Of a stretch of 64,000 bases of DNA, positions 63,481 through 64,000 are shown piece after piece; the stretch's first letter is position 1; every line of letters begins with the position of its first letter. The notes under the pieces are model-generated. The model ran no database searches, was not told where the DNA came from, and saw only the letters and a list, made by a program, of their open reading frames with translations. The stretch lies in assembly GCF_963921235.1 (NCBI RefSeq), contig NC_086108.1:91018001-91082000 (forward strand), written 5' to 3'. Made by a program: the position numbers and the translations under genes. This DNA is from Mobula hypostoma. Its lineage: Eukaryota.

Positions 63481-64000
63481 GAAATCACACATAACAGTAT
63501 AACCAATGGGCTCTGCACAACTTGCTCAGCAACAGTCCCCAAGAGCCCAGGGTTATGCTCCTTTACTGTAGGAATCAATTATAATAGAGATTCCGGAGGC
63601 ATTGCTGTTTCAGGGCACACCTTGCAAGATTAATGTTTGCTGGTACAAGCTATTTACATGTAAAATATGTACTAGGCTGCTGCTATGACAGGAAGAAGTG
63701 AGAGGTGAGGCTGGGTTTAACTCACAGGAAATGGGTGGCTTGAGGTTGCCAACATGATAAAAATTTAAGAGTCTGAAAGCCCAATGCAGTTTTCATTCAA
63801 AATATATTCTTCTGGAATTTACGGAGGTGAACTATCATTGCATTTAAGAAACTTGATATGACGATGGTCTCAGTTTAAACCTTCTTCGTAATCTGGATGT
63901 TGGTGGGAGCGGCTTTCAGGGGAATGTAAATGCCTTTCCTGAACAGCCAGTGATCTAGCATTCAGAGCAGTAGACTCACACACAGCACCTCAGCCATCCT

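Overview
This is vertebrate genomic DNA, not prokaryotic. The repeat content (HE1/V-SINE-like tRNA SINEs, abundant CR1, Rex1/Babar, RTE and Penelope-like elements) points to a cartilaginous fish, probably a batoid; that assignment is inference. The window lies inside a + strand dihydropyrimidine dehydrogenase (DPYD) gene. Three in-frame GT-AG exons of 121, 120 and 143 nt match human exons 17-19 (FMN/pyrimidine-binding TIM barrel). The 143-nt exon is absent from the ORF track. The rest is intron, densely filled with transposable elements, often nested with readable target-site duplications (TSDs). Main observations: (1) a Penelope-like family carrying a minimal, dimer-type type I hammerhead ribozyme, with two fold-back insertions flanked by 13-bp TSDs; (2) a near-intact CR1 ORF2 with an inverted ORF1-esterase fragment at its 5' end; (3) a tRNA/CORE-like SINE whose 3' tail matches an RTE LINE in the same window; (4) an 87-bp locally templated insertion; (5) a three-TIR Tc1 derivative family; (6) a ~620-bp non-autonomous retroelement starting with a YY1-like motif; (7) unusual DPYD substitutions near the FMN/substrate site. 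Repeat boundaries without TSDs are approximate. Family names come from motif recognition, not database searches.
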